The notes beneath the pieces were generated by a model. The model did not search any database. It saw nothing but the letters and a program-made list of their open reading frames with translations, and was not told the origin of the DNA. Of a stretch of DNA of 64,000 nt, positions 18,932 through 28,950 are shown piece by piece (the first letter of the stretch is position 1; every line of letters begins with the position of its first letter). The position numbers and the translations under genes were made by a program. The DNA lies in assembly GCA_963664405.1 (NCBI GenBank), contig OY761158.1, positions 1,408,001-1,472,000 on the forward strand, given 5' to 3'. The stretch is from Thermoanaerobaculia bacterium. GTDB taxonomy: Bacteria > Acidobacteriota > Thermoanaerobaculia > Multivoradales > Multivoraceae.

Positions 18932-20857
18932 ATGCGAACCCTCCCCCTCCTGCTCGTAGCCACCGTTCTCCTGGCTTGTCGGGGCGAGATCTCCACTCTC
19001 GAACCGGCCCAACCCTCAGCCCCACCTTCTCGCCCCGAGCTCCTCGAGCTCTTGCGCGAGGACCTCGCAAGCCAACCTCATCCCGCCGACGGCGGCGGCC
19101 GCGCCTGGCTCGAGAGCCAAGAGCCCGAGCCGATTCGCGCCGGTGAGAGAGGGCGCTGGTCTCTGGTCTACGAGGCCGGCCCCCTGGGCATCGACGACGG
19201 AGGAATGCTTCTGCTACAAGTCTCGCCGTTCTGGGGCTGGAGCACACCGCAGGTCGTCGACCCGTCCGCCATCGGCTACACGACGGTCACCACCGAAGCC
19301 GAGGGCGTCGATCTCGTTGCCTCCGCCCTCGATCAGCAGTTGCTGGGAATCAGCATCTCCGGTCGCAGACTCGAGGCCGGTGAGACGATCCGTCTCGTCT
19401 ACGGTGCCGGCGAAGCGGGAGCCTTCGCAGATCGTTTCGCCGAGCGAGAGACTCGCTTCTGGATCTCGGTGGACGGCGACGGCGACGGTCGGCGCAAACT
19501 GGTGGCAGAGTCACCAGCGATCGACGTTCTTGCCGGGCCACCGGCGCGTCTCGTCGCCCACCTTCCAAGCACAGCCGAACCCGGCACCCCGATCCTCCTG
19601 CGGCTCGCCGTGCTCGATCGCTTCGGCAACGCAGGCGTCGACTTCACCGGGCCGGTCGCACTCGCCTCTTCCCTCCCGCTCGAGGCTCTTGGTGACTCGC
19701 TGGTCTTCGAGGCTGAGGACCACGGATTGAAAAGAGTGGAGATCATCGCTCCACAAGAAGGAGTCCTACGCATCACCGCGAGCACCGCCGACGGGCTGGC
19801 GACGGAGTCGAATCCGACGGCGATCAGCGCCAACTCTCCCCGGCTGCTGTGGGCAGACCTTCACGGCCACTCTCACTTCTCCGACGGCACCGGCACCCCA
19901 GAGGACTATTTCGCCTACGCCAGGGATGTTGCAGGGCTCGATGTCGTCGCCCTCACCGATCACGATCACTGGGGCCTGGAGCCCCTCTCGCGAAGGCCGG
20001 AGATGTGGCAGGAGATCCGCCGGCAGGTCGACCTCTTTCACCGGCCCCATCAATTCGTAACCGTACTCGGTTACGAGTGGACCAGCTGGATCTGGGGCCA
20101 CCGCCACGTTCTCTACTTCAGCAACGAAGGAGAGATCCTGAGCTCGGTGGACCCCGACTACGAGACTCCCCAACAGCTATGGGCGGCATTGCGTGGCACT
20201 CGAGCTCTCACTTTCGCCCACCACTCGGCAGGCGGGCCGATCGCCACAAATTGGACAGTGGCTCCCGACTCCGAGCTCGAGCCGGTTACCGAAGTGGTGT
20301 CGGTCCACGGCTCCAGCGAAGCGCCGGACTCTCCAGCAGCGATCTACTCCCCTGTCGCTTCGAACTTCGTTCGTGATGTCCTCGATCGCGGCTACCGTCT
20401 GGGCCTGATCGGCAGCGGCGACTCCCACGACGGCCACCCCGGCCTCGCCCACCTGGCGTCGCCGTCGGGTGGAATGGCTGCCATCCTGAGCTCTGAGCTC
20501 ACTCGTGAGGGGGTCAGGGAAGCGCTACGCGCGAAACGCGTCTATGCCACCAACGGACCCCGAATCATTCTTCGCGTCGCTCTCGATGGCAAGCGCATGG
20601 GGTCGACGGTGCCATCCGGCGAGATCCACACCTTGCGAGGTCTGGTCGTCGGCACAGCACCCTTGGAGCGAGTCGATTTGATCCGTCGCGGCGGCCAAAT
20701 CACGTCTCTTGCAGCAGACGGACGCAGCTTCTTCAGCTTCGATCAAGAAATTCGAGACACCGACGCCGGCGACTACCTCTACCTACGCGCCATCCAAGAA
20801 GACGGCGGTGCAGCGTGGTCGAGTCCCTTTTTCTTCGACGCCCGCAAGGAGCCCTGA
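18932..20857 (+). CDS. PHP-fold metallohydrolase lipoprotein (DUF3604/CehA-McbA-like), paralog of 1756-4326
   Basis: Lipobox LLAC; WADLHGHS, TDHD, GYEW, GDSHDGHPG and AWSSPFF. Confidence 0.75.
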   Translation: MRTLPLLLVATVLLACRGEISTLEPAQPSAPPSRPELLELLREDLASQPHPADGGGRAWLESQEPEPIRAGERGRWSLVYEAGPLGIDDGGMLLLQVSPFWGWSTPQVVDPSAIGYTTVTTEAEGVDLVASALDQQLLGISISGRRLEAGETIRLVYGAGEAGAFADRFAERETRFWISVDGDGDGRRKLVAESPAIDVLAGPPARLVAHLPSTAEPGTPILLRLAVLDRFGNAGVDFTGPVALASSLPLEALGDSLVFEAEDHGLKRVEIIAPQEGVLRITASTADGLATESNPTAISANSPRLLWADLHGHSHFSDGTGTPEDYFAYARDVAGLDVVALTDHDHWGLEPLSRRPEMWQEIRRQVDLFHRPHQFVTVLGYEWTSWIWGHRHVLYFSNEGEILSSVDPDYETPQQLWAALRGTRALTFAHHSAGGPIATNWTVAPDSELEPVTEVVSVHGSSEAPDSPAAIYSPVASNFVRDVLDRGYRLGLIGSGDSHDGHPGLAHLASPSGGMAAILSSELTREGVREALRAKRVYATNGPRIILRVALDGKRMGSTVPSGEIHTLRGLVVGTAPLERVDLIRRGGQITSLAADGRSFFSFDQEIRDTDAGDYLYLRAIQEDGGAAWSSPFFFDARKEP

Positions 20858-20868
20858 GGATCTTATAG

Positions 20869-21687
20869 ATGCCTACTTCCGACAGCCGCAGTCCCTGGCT
20901 GCCCACGGTCAGCTGGGACCCTGGCCAGTATCTGCGCTTTGCGGGGCCTCGTCTGCAGCCTCCCCTCGACCTTCTCGGCCGCCTCTCCGAGCTCGAGCCG
21001 CGCCGGATCTGGGACCTCGGCTGCGGGACAGGCGATATGACCCGGCTCCTCGCCCGGCGCTGGCCCCAGGCAGAAGTGGTCGGCATCGACCGATCCTCAG
21101 AGATGCTGGCCAAGGCCGCTGCCACGGCCGGGGAGGTGCGCTGGCTGGAAGCCGACATCGCGACTTGCGGCCCGCCACAGCCCGCCGACCTTCTCTTTTC
21201 CAACGCCGCTCTTCACTGGCTGCCCGACCACGGCGCCCTTCTTCCGCGCCTGCTCGGTAGCCTCGCCCCAGGCGGAGTCCTCGCTGTCCAGATGCCGCTG
21301 AGCTGGGATCAGCCCTCCCACCTGCTGATGCTGGAAGTACTTGTTGGCGAAGACGGTGGCCGGCCGCTCGGGACAGAAGCTCTCCGCCAAAGCCTGGAAC
21401 AGCCGCCGGTCCTCCAGGCAGCCGAGTACTTCGAGCTGCTGAGCCCACTCGCCCGCCAAGTCGATGTCTGGGAAACCACCTACCTCCATGTTCTCGACGG
21501 GGACGATCCCGTCCTGGAGTGGGCTCGCGGGACCGGGCTGCGCCCTATCCTGGAAAGCCTGGAGGAAACCGAGCAGGGGCTCTTTCTCGAGCGCTATCGA
21601 GCGGGTCTCCACCGCCTTTACCCCGAGCGAGCCGACGGCGGCACCTTCTATCCCTTTCACCGCCTCTTTTTCTGCGCCTCGGTGTAA
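20869..21687 (+). CDS. tam: Trans-aconitate 2-methyltransferase
   Basis: WDPGQYLRF, DLGCGTG, FSNAALHWLPDH, GTGLRP and PFHRLF. Confidence 0.85.
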   Translation: MPTSDSRSPWLPTVSWDPGQYLRFAGPRLQPPLDLLGRLSELEPRRIWDLGCGTGDMTRLLARRWPQAEVVGIDRSSEMLAKAAATAGEVRWLEADIATCGPPQPADLLFSNAALHWLPDHGALLPRLLGSLAPGGVLAVQMPLSWDQPSHLLMLEVLVGEDGGRPLGTEALRQSLEQPPVLQAAEYFELLSPLARQVDVWETTYLHVLDGDDPVLEWARGTGLRPILESLEETEQGLFLERYRAGLHRLYPERADGGTFYPFHRLFFCASV

Positions 21688-21720
21688 TGTCGTCAGCCTC
21701 ATGAGTCGAAGGAGGATCCC

Positions 21721-22635
21721 GTGAAGCCAGTTCGTATGCCCGCAGTCTCACTCGCCGCTGTGCCCGGCCGAAGACGCAAGACTCTCGATCTCGCCCGCCA
21801 AGTCGAAGAGCTCGGTTTCAGCGGTCTCTACTGCCCCAGCTTGGGGGACAGCCTGGCGCTATGCCAGGGGATTGCCATGGTCACAGAGACCATCCCCTTC
21901 GGCACCTCGATTACGCCCATCTACACTCGACACGTAGCCGACTTCGCGGCCAGCGCATCTTTCATTCACGAGATCTCGGGCGGCCGCTTCCGCTTCGGCA
22001 TCGGCGTGAGCCACGGCCCGGTGCATGAGCGCCTCGGGATCAAACCGGGTCGACCTCTATCCGACATCCGGGACTTCGTAAGCGAGCTCGAGTCCACCGA
22101 GGGCGTCGGCGAGCTCCCTCCAGTCGTGCTCGCTACACTCCGCGACAAGATGACCGGCCTCGCCGGCGAGATTGGTGACGGTGCAGTATGGGCAAACGGC
22201 AGCCGCTCCCATATGAGCCACTCACTCGGGCTCATCGCTGAGGCCAAGAGAGAAGACGATGCATTCTTCATCGGCGACATGATCCCCACCTGCATCCACG
22301 ACGACGTCGAGCGCGCCGCGGCGGTGAACCGACGTACCCTGAGTCGCTACGCGACTCTGCCGAACTACCGTAACTACTGGAAGGCGGCCGGCTACGTCAC
22401 CGAGATGGAGGGCGTCGAGGAAGCCATGGCCAACCGAGATTTCGCCAGCATCCCGAAACATCTCTCCGACCGATGGCTCGAAGACTGCACCCTCTTCGGT
22501 CCCGCCGAGAAGGTGCTCGAGGGATTGGAGGCCTGGTTCGACAGCGGCATCAAGACTCCGATCCTGGTACCATCCTCCGCCGAAGGGGGCCAGCTCAAAG
22601 CCTTCGAAGAGCTCTTCCAGACCTTCAGCCAGTGA
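21721..22635 (+). CDS. LLM-class flavin-dependent oxidoreductase
   Basis: FGTSITPIYTRH and ISGGRFRFGIGVSH. Confidence 0.8.
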   Translation: MKPVRMPAVSLAAVPGRRRKTLDLARQVEELGFSGLYCPSLGDSLALCQGIAMVTETIPFGTSITPIYTRHVADFAASASFIHEISGGRFRFGIGVSHGPVHERLGIKPGRPLSDIRDFVSELESTEGVGELPPVVLATLRDKMTGLAGEIGDGAVWANGSRSHMSHSLGLIAEAKREDDAFFIGDMIPTCIHDDVERAAAVNRRTLSRYATLPNYRNYWKAAGYVTEMEGVEEAMANRDFASIPKHLSDRWLEDCTLFGPAEKVLEGLEAWFDSGIKTPILVPSSAEGGQLKAFEELFQTFSQ

Positions 22636-24251
22636 ACGACCTACTCACCGCGATCCGGCAGGCTCGCTCGACTCTGGACCCGGTCATCGACGCGATCGAG
22701 CGGCGCAGTGGCGAAGGCCCTGCCTCCCGCGAAGTCCTCGACCGCCACCAGCAGACCTGCTTCGATCTAGCCTGGAGTGCGGCCGAGCTCGAGGCTGCGC
22801 GACAGGCACTCGACCAGGAGAGCGATGACGGCGGCATACGCGACAGGCTGACGGAGTGCTTCGCGGCACAAGCCCTGCAACGGCACCGGTACCGCATCGA
22901 GCCTCACCTAGCCGAGCTCGGCCTCGATCTCTCAATCCTCGAAGGACTCGCTCGAGCGGCGCTGCCCCACCTCGCCAGTCAGGCCAAAGCCGAGCTCGGC
23001 GGGCGCATCCTCACCGAGGGCCCCCACTTCGACGACAGCTCTCTGGGCGGACATCATCGCCTACTTCGCGACAGCTACAGGCGCTTCGGCGACGAGATCG
23101 TCAAGCCTCGCGCCGAAGAGATTCATCGTCAGGATCAGATCGTGCCGGACGAGATCATCCGGGGGCTTGGCGATCTCGGGTGTTTCGGTCTTTCGATCCC
23201 CCAACGCTACGGCGGCCTCATGGACGAGAGCCGACCCGACACCCTGAGCATGCTTTTGGCCACCGAAGAGCTCTCGCGGGCGTCGCTCGGAGCAGCCGGA
23301 AGTCTGATCACCCGGCCCGAGGTTCTCGCTCGCGCGCTCCTTGCGGGAGGCAGCGAGGAGCAGAAGGCCCATTGGCTTCCGCTCCTCGCCAGCGGCGAGA
23401 AACTGTCCGCCGTTGCCGTAACCGAGCCAGACCACGGCTCCGATGTGGCCTCGATACAACTGCGGGCCCGCCGCTACGACGGCGGATTCCGACTCAGCGG
23501 CACCAAGATGTGGACGACGATGGCGGGCCGGGCCGACGTGCTGATGGTCCTCGCTCGCACCAGTGACGATCCTGCTTCCGGTCACCGCGGTCTCTCACTC
23601 TTCCTGGTCGAGAAGCCGCCCTTCTTCGGCCACGACTTCGAGCTCACAGGCGACAACGCCGGCTCGCTACGCGGCCGAGCGATCGCAACACTCGGCTACC
23701 GCGGCATGCACTCCTACGAGTGCTTCTTCGACGACTGGGAAGTGCCGGCCGAGGCCCTTGTCGGAGGAGATGCGGGCGAAGGAAAGGGCTTTTACATGAC
23801 CATGGCCGGCTTCGCCGGTGGCCGCATCCAGACCGCCGCCCGCGCGGTCGGCTTGATGCAAGCGGCCTTCGAAGAAGCGCTCGAATATTGCCGCCATCGG
23901 CAGACTTTCGGCCGCCCGATCGGAGACTATCCCCTACTTCGCTGCCGACTCGCCGAGATGGCGGCGCAGCTGCACGCCTCTCGCTGTTTCGCCTACGCGG
24001 TGGCCAAGCTCATGGACCGCGGCGCCGGTGACATGGAAGCGAGCATGGTCAAGCTCTTCGCCAGTCGCTGCGCCGAGCAGGTCACTCGCGAGGCGGTACA
24101 AGTGCACGGCGGTATCGGTTACGCCGAAGAGAGCCCGGTGAGCCGCTACTTCGTCGATGCTCGAGTGCTCTCGATCTTCGAAGGAACAGAAGAGATCCTG
24201 GCACTGAAAGTGGTCGCTCGCTCGCTCTTCGAAGGCAGCCGCTCGCACTGA
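22632..24251 (+). CDS. Acyl-CoA dehydrogenase with N-terminal extension, (2S)-methylsuccinyl-CoA dehydrogenase-like
   Basis: GSLITRPE, AVTEPDHGSD, LGYRGMHSYE, GRIQTAARAVG and DARVLSIFEG. Confidence 0.75.
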   Translation: MNDLLTAIRQARSTLDPVIDAIERRSGEGPASREVLDRHQQTCFDLAWSAAELEAARQALDQESDDGGIRDRLTECFAAQALQRHRYRIEPHLAELGLDLSILEGLARAALPHLASQAKAELGGRILTEGPHFDDSSLGGHHRLLRDSYRRFGDEIVKPRAEEIHRQDQIVPDEIIRGLGDLGCFGLSIPQRYGGLMDESRPDTLSMLLATEELSRASLGAAGSLITRPEVLARALLAGGSEEQKAHWLPLLASGEKLSAVAVTEPDHGSDVASIQLRARRYDGGFRLSGTKMWTTMAGRADVLMVLARTSDDPASGHRGLSLFLVEKPPFFGHDFELTGDNAGSLRGRAIATLGYRGMHSYECFFDDWEVPAEALVGGDAGEGKGFYMTMAGFAGGRIQTAARAVGLMQAAFEEALEYCRHRQTFGRPIGDYPLLRCRLAEMAAQLHASRCFAYAVAKLMDRGAGDMEASMVKLFASRCAEQVTREAVQVHGGIGYAEESPVSRYFVDARVLSIFEGTEEILALKVVARSLFEGSRSH

Positions 24252-24327
24252 GCGCGGCCTTGGCCGAAGAAGCCTCGTCCGGCGCCTTGACAACTTCCTA
24301 GGTGTAAGCTTACACTTACCGTAAGCC

Positions 24328-24630
24328 ATGACTTACGATTTGATCTTGACCGCTCTCGGCGACCCCACTCGGCGCAAGATCTTCGAGATCCTGCGTCAGG
24401 GGCCCAAGGCGGTCGGAGAGATCGCAAGTGAGCTGCCGGTGAGCCGGCCAGCGGTATCCCAACATCTGAAGGTTCTTCGCCAGACAGGACTGGTGACGGA
24501 AAAGGTAGAGGGCACTCGCCACATCTACTACCCCGACCCGACCGGCCTCGAGCCCTTGCGTCATTATCTCGACGCTTTCTGGGGCCGGGCTCTGGACGCA
24601 TTCAAGGCCTTCGCTGAGAAACACGAATAG
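24328..24630 (+). CDS. ArsR/SmtB family transcriptional regulator
   Basis: ALGDPTRRKIF...VSRPAVSQHLKVL. Confidence 0.9.
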   Translation: MTYDLILTALGDPTRRKIFEILRQGPKAVGEIASELPVSRPAVSQHLKVLRQTGLVTEKVEGTRHIYYPDPTGLEPLRHYLDAFWGRALDAFKAFAEKHE

Positions 24631-24635
24631 AGGAG

Positions 24636-24801
24636 CTAGACCAGCGTTTCCAAAGTTCGCGCACATATCTCGGCCCCTTCTGTCCGCTGGCGGCGTTTCG
24701 CCTCCTCGACATATTGCCCAATATGCCTGCGTCGGCGCGCCTGGCCAGCGAACAGAATGACCTCGAGCTATTGCACACGAACTTTGGAAACGCTGGTCTA
24801 G
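24636..24801 (+). repeat. Palindromic repeat family A (MITE/RPE-like), copy 1
   Basis: 24-bp perfect terminal IR CTAGACCAGCGTTTCCAAAGTTCG; 162 bp between the CTAGs; near-identical to copies at 32627 and 52964. Confidence 0.9.
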
Positions 24802-24803
24802 TC

Positions 24804-25268
24804 ATGAATCAACAGACCACAATCGACCCCATCTCAAAAGAGCTCGAGCTCCCCTGCGATCCGACGCGCGCGTTCGACATGTTCACCAAGGAGCTGTCCA
24901 GCTGGTGGCCATTGGCTACGCATTCGCTGGGTGGAGAAGGCACCAGGGAGTGCCACATGGACGACCACGTCGGCGGCCAGATCTACGAAATGGGCGGTGA
25001 CCAAGTGCGTCAGGCCTGGGGCACCATAAAGGCGTGGCAACCGCCACATCGCCTCGTCTTCACCTTTCACCCCGGCCGCGAAGAGGCAACTGCCGGCACT
25101 GTCGAGGTCAGCTTCACGGCAGCAGGAGGTGGCTGCCGCGTCGAGCTCGAGCACCGCGGCTGGGAGCTGCTCGGAGAGAGCGGAGCTACGATGAGAGACA
25201 ACTACGACAGCGGTTGGGGCGAGGTATTCGGTCGCAGCTTCTTCGAGTACGCCGTCGAAGCCTCCTAG
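24804..25268 (+). CDS. SRPBCC/AHSA1 domain protein
   Basis: AFDMFT...SWWP, WQPPHRLVF, VELEHRGWE and SGW; typical ArsR partner. Confidence 0.85.
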   Translation: MNQQTTIDPISKELELPCDPTRAFDMFTKELSSWWPLATHSLGGEGTRECHMDDHVGGQIYEMGGDQVRQAWGTIKAWQPPHRLVFTFHPGREEATAGTVEVSFTAAGGGCRVELEHRGWELLGESGATMRDNYDSGWGEVFGRSFFEYAVEAS

Positions 25269-25380
25269 CCCTGTCGCCCCAGCGCTGGATCGACATCTGT
25301 CGACCGATCCAGGGCGGCTCGAGACTCCCCTGCTAGACTACCGCTTCGCTGCGGAAGACCTCAATGGAGGCGATACAAAG

Positions 25381-26520
25381 ATGTCTCGAGCTACGTCCCT
25401 TCTTAGTCTCGTTCTTCTCGTGAGCGCGGCTCCTCTCGCTGCCGAATCGGCTACCGTCCTCCACTTGGATCGCAGTGTCGAGATCGAGCGAACCCTCCCC
25501 GACCCAACCGATCTGTGGGTTCCACCCTCGGACCTCGAACGAGTCAGCGGCTTCGTCTTGAAGCCAGAGGGGGCCTGCCTGGACGATCTATGCGTGCCGG
25601 TGCGTCAGGACGGTGACAGCGACATCTTCGTTCGGCGTAGCGGCGAAGCCTGGCTCAACGTCACCGAGCTCGCGGATCGGCTGGAGCAGAAATACGCCTT
25701 CGACTCCGAGCACCGAGTGTGGAACTTTGGCGAAGTCCCCGCCACGCGTGCTGCCTTTCACGACCAAGCCATCGCACCCGACTTCTCACTCCCCGATCGC
25801 GAAGGCAACCTGGTTCGGCTCTCCGATTTTCGCGGTAAGAAAGTGATGATCCTCTCGTGGGCATCGTGGTGAGGATGCAGTCGTGACCTGCCAGGCTGGC
25901 AGGAAGTCTACGAAGATCTCGCAGATGAGGGGTTCGAGATCGTTGCCGTAGCTGAGGACACGGCCGGCGAGAGCGCGGCAGGGCCGTTTTACGACGCCGC
26001 TCGAGCCACTTTCACCACCCTCATCGACACTCATCACGCACTGAGCTCGCTCTACAACATGGTCAACGTGCCCACCGCCGTCTGGGTCGACGAAGAGGGC
26101 CGTATCCTCCGCCATGACGAAGACGCCTACTCGAAGTCCTACAAGGCCGGCCAGCTGACCTTCGGCAACGACATCTACCGTCCCGCTGTCTACGACTGGG
26201 TTCGCAAGGGCGCCGCCAGCCGCTACCTGCAGAGCCCGGAGGAGCTCCTTCGACAGATCCCGCGGCGCAGCGACGCCGAAGCTCTCGCCGAGCCCCTCTT
26301 TCGGCTCGGTGTCTACTTCTACCTCGAGGGAGAAAGCGAGCGGGCAAACAAATACTGGGATGAGGCTCAGGCTCTCAATCCAGCAAGCTGGAACTACCAC
26401 CGCCAGGATTGGTCCTTTCTCGCCCCGGCAGAGACCGGCAAGAACTGGATGAGCAAATTCCAGTCACTCGGCGACAAGCCCTACTACAGACCTCTCGAAC
26501 TGCCGGCGGGTGAAGAATAG
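25381..26520 (+). CDS. Selenocysteine-containing redoxin (TlpA/AhpC-TSA family), secreted
   Basis: In-frame TGA at 25870-25872 in WASW-U-GC at the redox motif; frame stays open to 26520; hairpin just downstream. Confidence 0.85.
25881..25913 (+). promoter_or_regulatory. Bacterial SECIS-like hairpin
   Basis: tcgt-gac-ctgcca-GGC-tggcag-gaa-gtc-t-acga; apical loop begins about 21 nt after the UGA and starts with G. Confidence 0.65.
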
Positions 26521-26552
26521 GTCGAACCGTCCCCAAGGAGACAACAGAAAAT

Positions 26553-28304
26553 ATGGCCAACGACAACGAACGCACCCTCGAGACTAAAGGCGGCGAAGAA
26601 GCGTCGGTAACGACCAGCTCCGCCAAGACCACCACCAAGTCCACATCTGAGAGCACCACCCTTCGAGGCGGCACAGTCATCGCCAGAGCGCTCAAGGCCC
26701 AAGGCGTCGAGCACATGTTCGGGATCGTCGGCTACCCTGTATACGGTATCGCCTCTGCCGCACAGAAAGAGGGGATCCAGTATCTGGGCTTCCGGAACGA
26801 ACAGGCGGCAAGCTACGCAGCCGGAGCGGTCGGCTATCTCACCGGGAGACCCGGCGCCTGTCTCACCGTCTCCGGACCCGGCATGATCCACGGTCTCGCC
26901 GGCCTCGCCAATGCCCAGGTCAACTGCTGGCCGATGGTGCTACTCGGTGGTGCGAACGAAACCTTCCTCGACGGCCGCGGCGCGTTCCAGGACGCTCCCC
27001 AGGTCGAAGCTGCCAGGCCTTTCACCAAATACGCCGCTCGGCCGGACCGCCTCGAGCGGGTACCGTACTTCGTCGAGCAGGCCGTGCGCACCAGCATCTA
27101 CGGGCGCCCAGGGTCGGCCTATCTCGACTTCCCCAGCGACATGATCGCCGGCAACGCCGAAGAAGCGGATCTGAGCTTCCTGCCGCGCTGCCCAGAGCCC
27201 CCACGTAGCTGCGCCGACCCTGCCGATGTCTCTCGCGCTCTCGACAGTCTGAGAAGCGCGAAGCGGCCCCTGGTGATCGTCGGCAAGGGTGCCGCCTACG
27301 CGCACGCCGAGGCTCAGGTGCGAGCCTTCATCGACGCAACAGGGCTCCCCTTCCTAGCGACTCCCATGGGCAAAGGAGTTGTCCCCGACGAGAGCCCCCT
27401 GTCGGTCGCGGCAGCCCGCTCGTTCGCCTTAGAGAACGCCGACGTCATCCTGCTGATCGGTGCACGCCTCAACTGGATTCTCCACTTCGGCACACCGCCG
27501 CGCTTCGCTGACGATCTACGAGTCATCCAGATCGACATTGCCGCCGAGGAGATCGGCACCAATGTCGCGTCCGAAGTGGCGCTGGTCGGAGATGCCGAGC
27601 GGGTCACGGGGCAGCTCAACGCGGCTCTCGAAGCTGAGCCCTTCCGCTTCAATGACCAGGATGGCTGGCAGAGTGCTCTCGATGAGGCGGGAGCCCAGAA
27701 CACGGCCGCCGTCGAGGCGATGATGGCGGACGCGACCGAGCCCATGGGCTACTACCGTGCACTGCGGGAGATTCGCGACCGCATGCCCGAGGGCACGGTC
27801 ATGGTGTGCGAAGGCGCAAACACCATGGACATCTCTCGCACCGTGCTCACTAACAGCGAGCCCCGCACCCGCCTCGATGCCGGTACCTTCGGCACCATGG
27901 GAGTCGGCTGCGGCTTCGCCATCGCCGCTTCAGTCGTTCACCCACAGCAGCGCACGGTCTGCATTCAAGGTGACTCCGCCTTCGGCTTCAGTGGCATGGA
28001 GGTCGAGGTAGCCTGCCGCTACGGCCTACCGATCACGTTCATCGTGATCAACAACAACGGCATTGGCGGCGGCTTGAGCGAGCTCCCTCAGGGGCGTATC
28101 CCGGCCACGGTATTCACTCCCAACGCCCGCTACGAGCGCATCATCGAAGCCTTCGGCGGCGAGGGCTTCTATGTGGATTCGATCGCCGATCTGGGTCCGG
28201 CTCTAGACCGCGGCCTGGCCGCGGAAGGACCGAGCTTGGTCAACATCATGATCGACCCCAAGGCCGCACGTAAGCCCCAGAAGTTCGCGTGGCTTACGCG
28301 CTGA
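26553..28304 (+). CDS. Oxalyl-CoA decarboxylase / 2-hydroxyacyl-CoA lyase (TPP enzyme)
   Basis: FRNEQAASYAAG, GARLNWILHFG, DAGTFGTMGVG and GDSAFGFSGME...NN. Confidence 0.85.
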   Translation: MANDNERTLETKGGEEASVTTSSAKTTTKSTSESTTLRGGTVIARALKAQGVEHMFGIVGYPVYGIASAAQKEGIQYLGFRNEQAASYAAGAVGYLTGRPGACLTVSGPGMIHGLAGLANAQVNCWPMVLLGGANETFLDGRGAFQDAPQVEAARPFTKYAARPDRLERVPYFVEQAVRTSIYGRPGSAYLDFPSDMIAGNAEEADLSFLPRCPEPPRSCADPADVSRALDSLRSAKRPLVIVGKGAAYAHAEAQVRAFIDATGLPFLATPMGKGVVPDESPLSVAAARSFALENADVILLIGARLNWILHFGTPPRFADDLRVIQIDIAAEEIGTNVASEVALVGDAERVTGQLNAALEAEPFRFNDQDGWQSALDEAGAQNTAAVEAMMADATEPMGYYRALREIRDRMPEGTVMVCEGANTMDISRTVLTNSEPRTRLDAGTFGTMGVGCGFAIAASVVHPQQRTVCIQGDSAFGFSGMEVEVACRYGLPITFIVINNNGIGGGLSELPQGRIPATVFTPNARYERIIEAFGGEGFYVDSIADLGPALDRGLAAEGPSLVNIMIDPKAARKPQKFAWLTR

Positions 28305-28948
28305 GGTGCGTGCTGGTACCGGCCTCGATCGCTGCGTTGGCAGTCTGCGGCGTGGCTCGCGGCCAAGAGTGGCAAAGAGGGGTAACGGTCGACCCGGACA
28401 GCGTCGAGGAGCTGACGGCGGCGGTGGTAGAGAACGCTGCAGGCTTTCACTTCGCCGTGGCGCGAGCGACGGCGAGTGAAAGAACCCTCGGGTTCTTCCG
28501 GCTGCCGGCGAGCGATCGCGACTTCCTCGACCCGCGCCGCCCGCTCACCGCACGCATCGACGAAGAGCCGGCCCGCCAGCTGGTGCGAGTGGCAGGAGGC
28601 CTCAAGTCGCTCAGCTTCCGTCTCTGGGACGGCCAGGGAGAGCCGGTGATCGGTCCGCTGCGAGAGCTCATGGAGGGGCGCGAGATCACCTTCGAATACC
28701 CTCTTCACGGTGGCGGTCACAAGAACGTCACCCTCCCCCTCCTCGGCGCGAAGGCCGTGATCGCCGACGTTCTCGGGGTGCAAGAGGAGATCGACACCAT
28801 CGCCCGCGATCTCGCTATGGCAAGAACCGAAGCAGTAGAAGGCTGCCTCGCTATCGCCAAGAAGAAAGCGCGAGAGAAATGTATGACCAGCCTCGTCGAG
28901 TGCAAAGACGCGGCGAGCGCTGACGAGCTTCAATCCTGTCTGGAGTAG
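28289..28948 (+). CDS. Secreted hypothetical protein
   Basis: Signal-like N-terminus; four C-terminal Cys; start uncertain. Confidence 0.5.
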   Translation: MAYALRCVLVPASIAALAVCGVARGQEWQRGVTVDPDSVEELTAAVVENAAGFHFAVARATASERTLGFFRLPASDRDFLDPRRPLTARIDEEPARQLVRVAGGLKSLSFRLWDGQGEPVIGPLRELMEGREITFEYPLHGGGHKNVTLPLLGAKAVIADVLGVQEEIDTIARDLAMARTEAVEGCLAIAKKKAREKCMTSLVECKDAASADELQSCLE

Positions 28949-28950
28949 TC

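Noticed and set aside
24714-24803. N-terminal extension MPNMPASARLASEQ... on SRPBCC and similar small ORFs at 32.6 and 53 kb
   Set aside because: Encoded by the repeat element; not counted as independent genes
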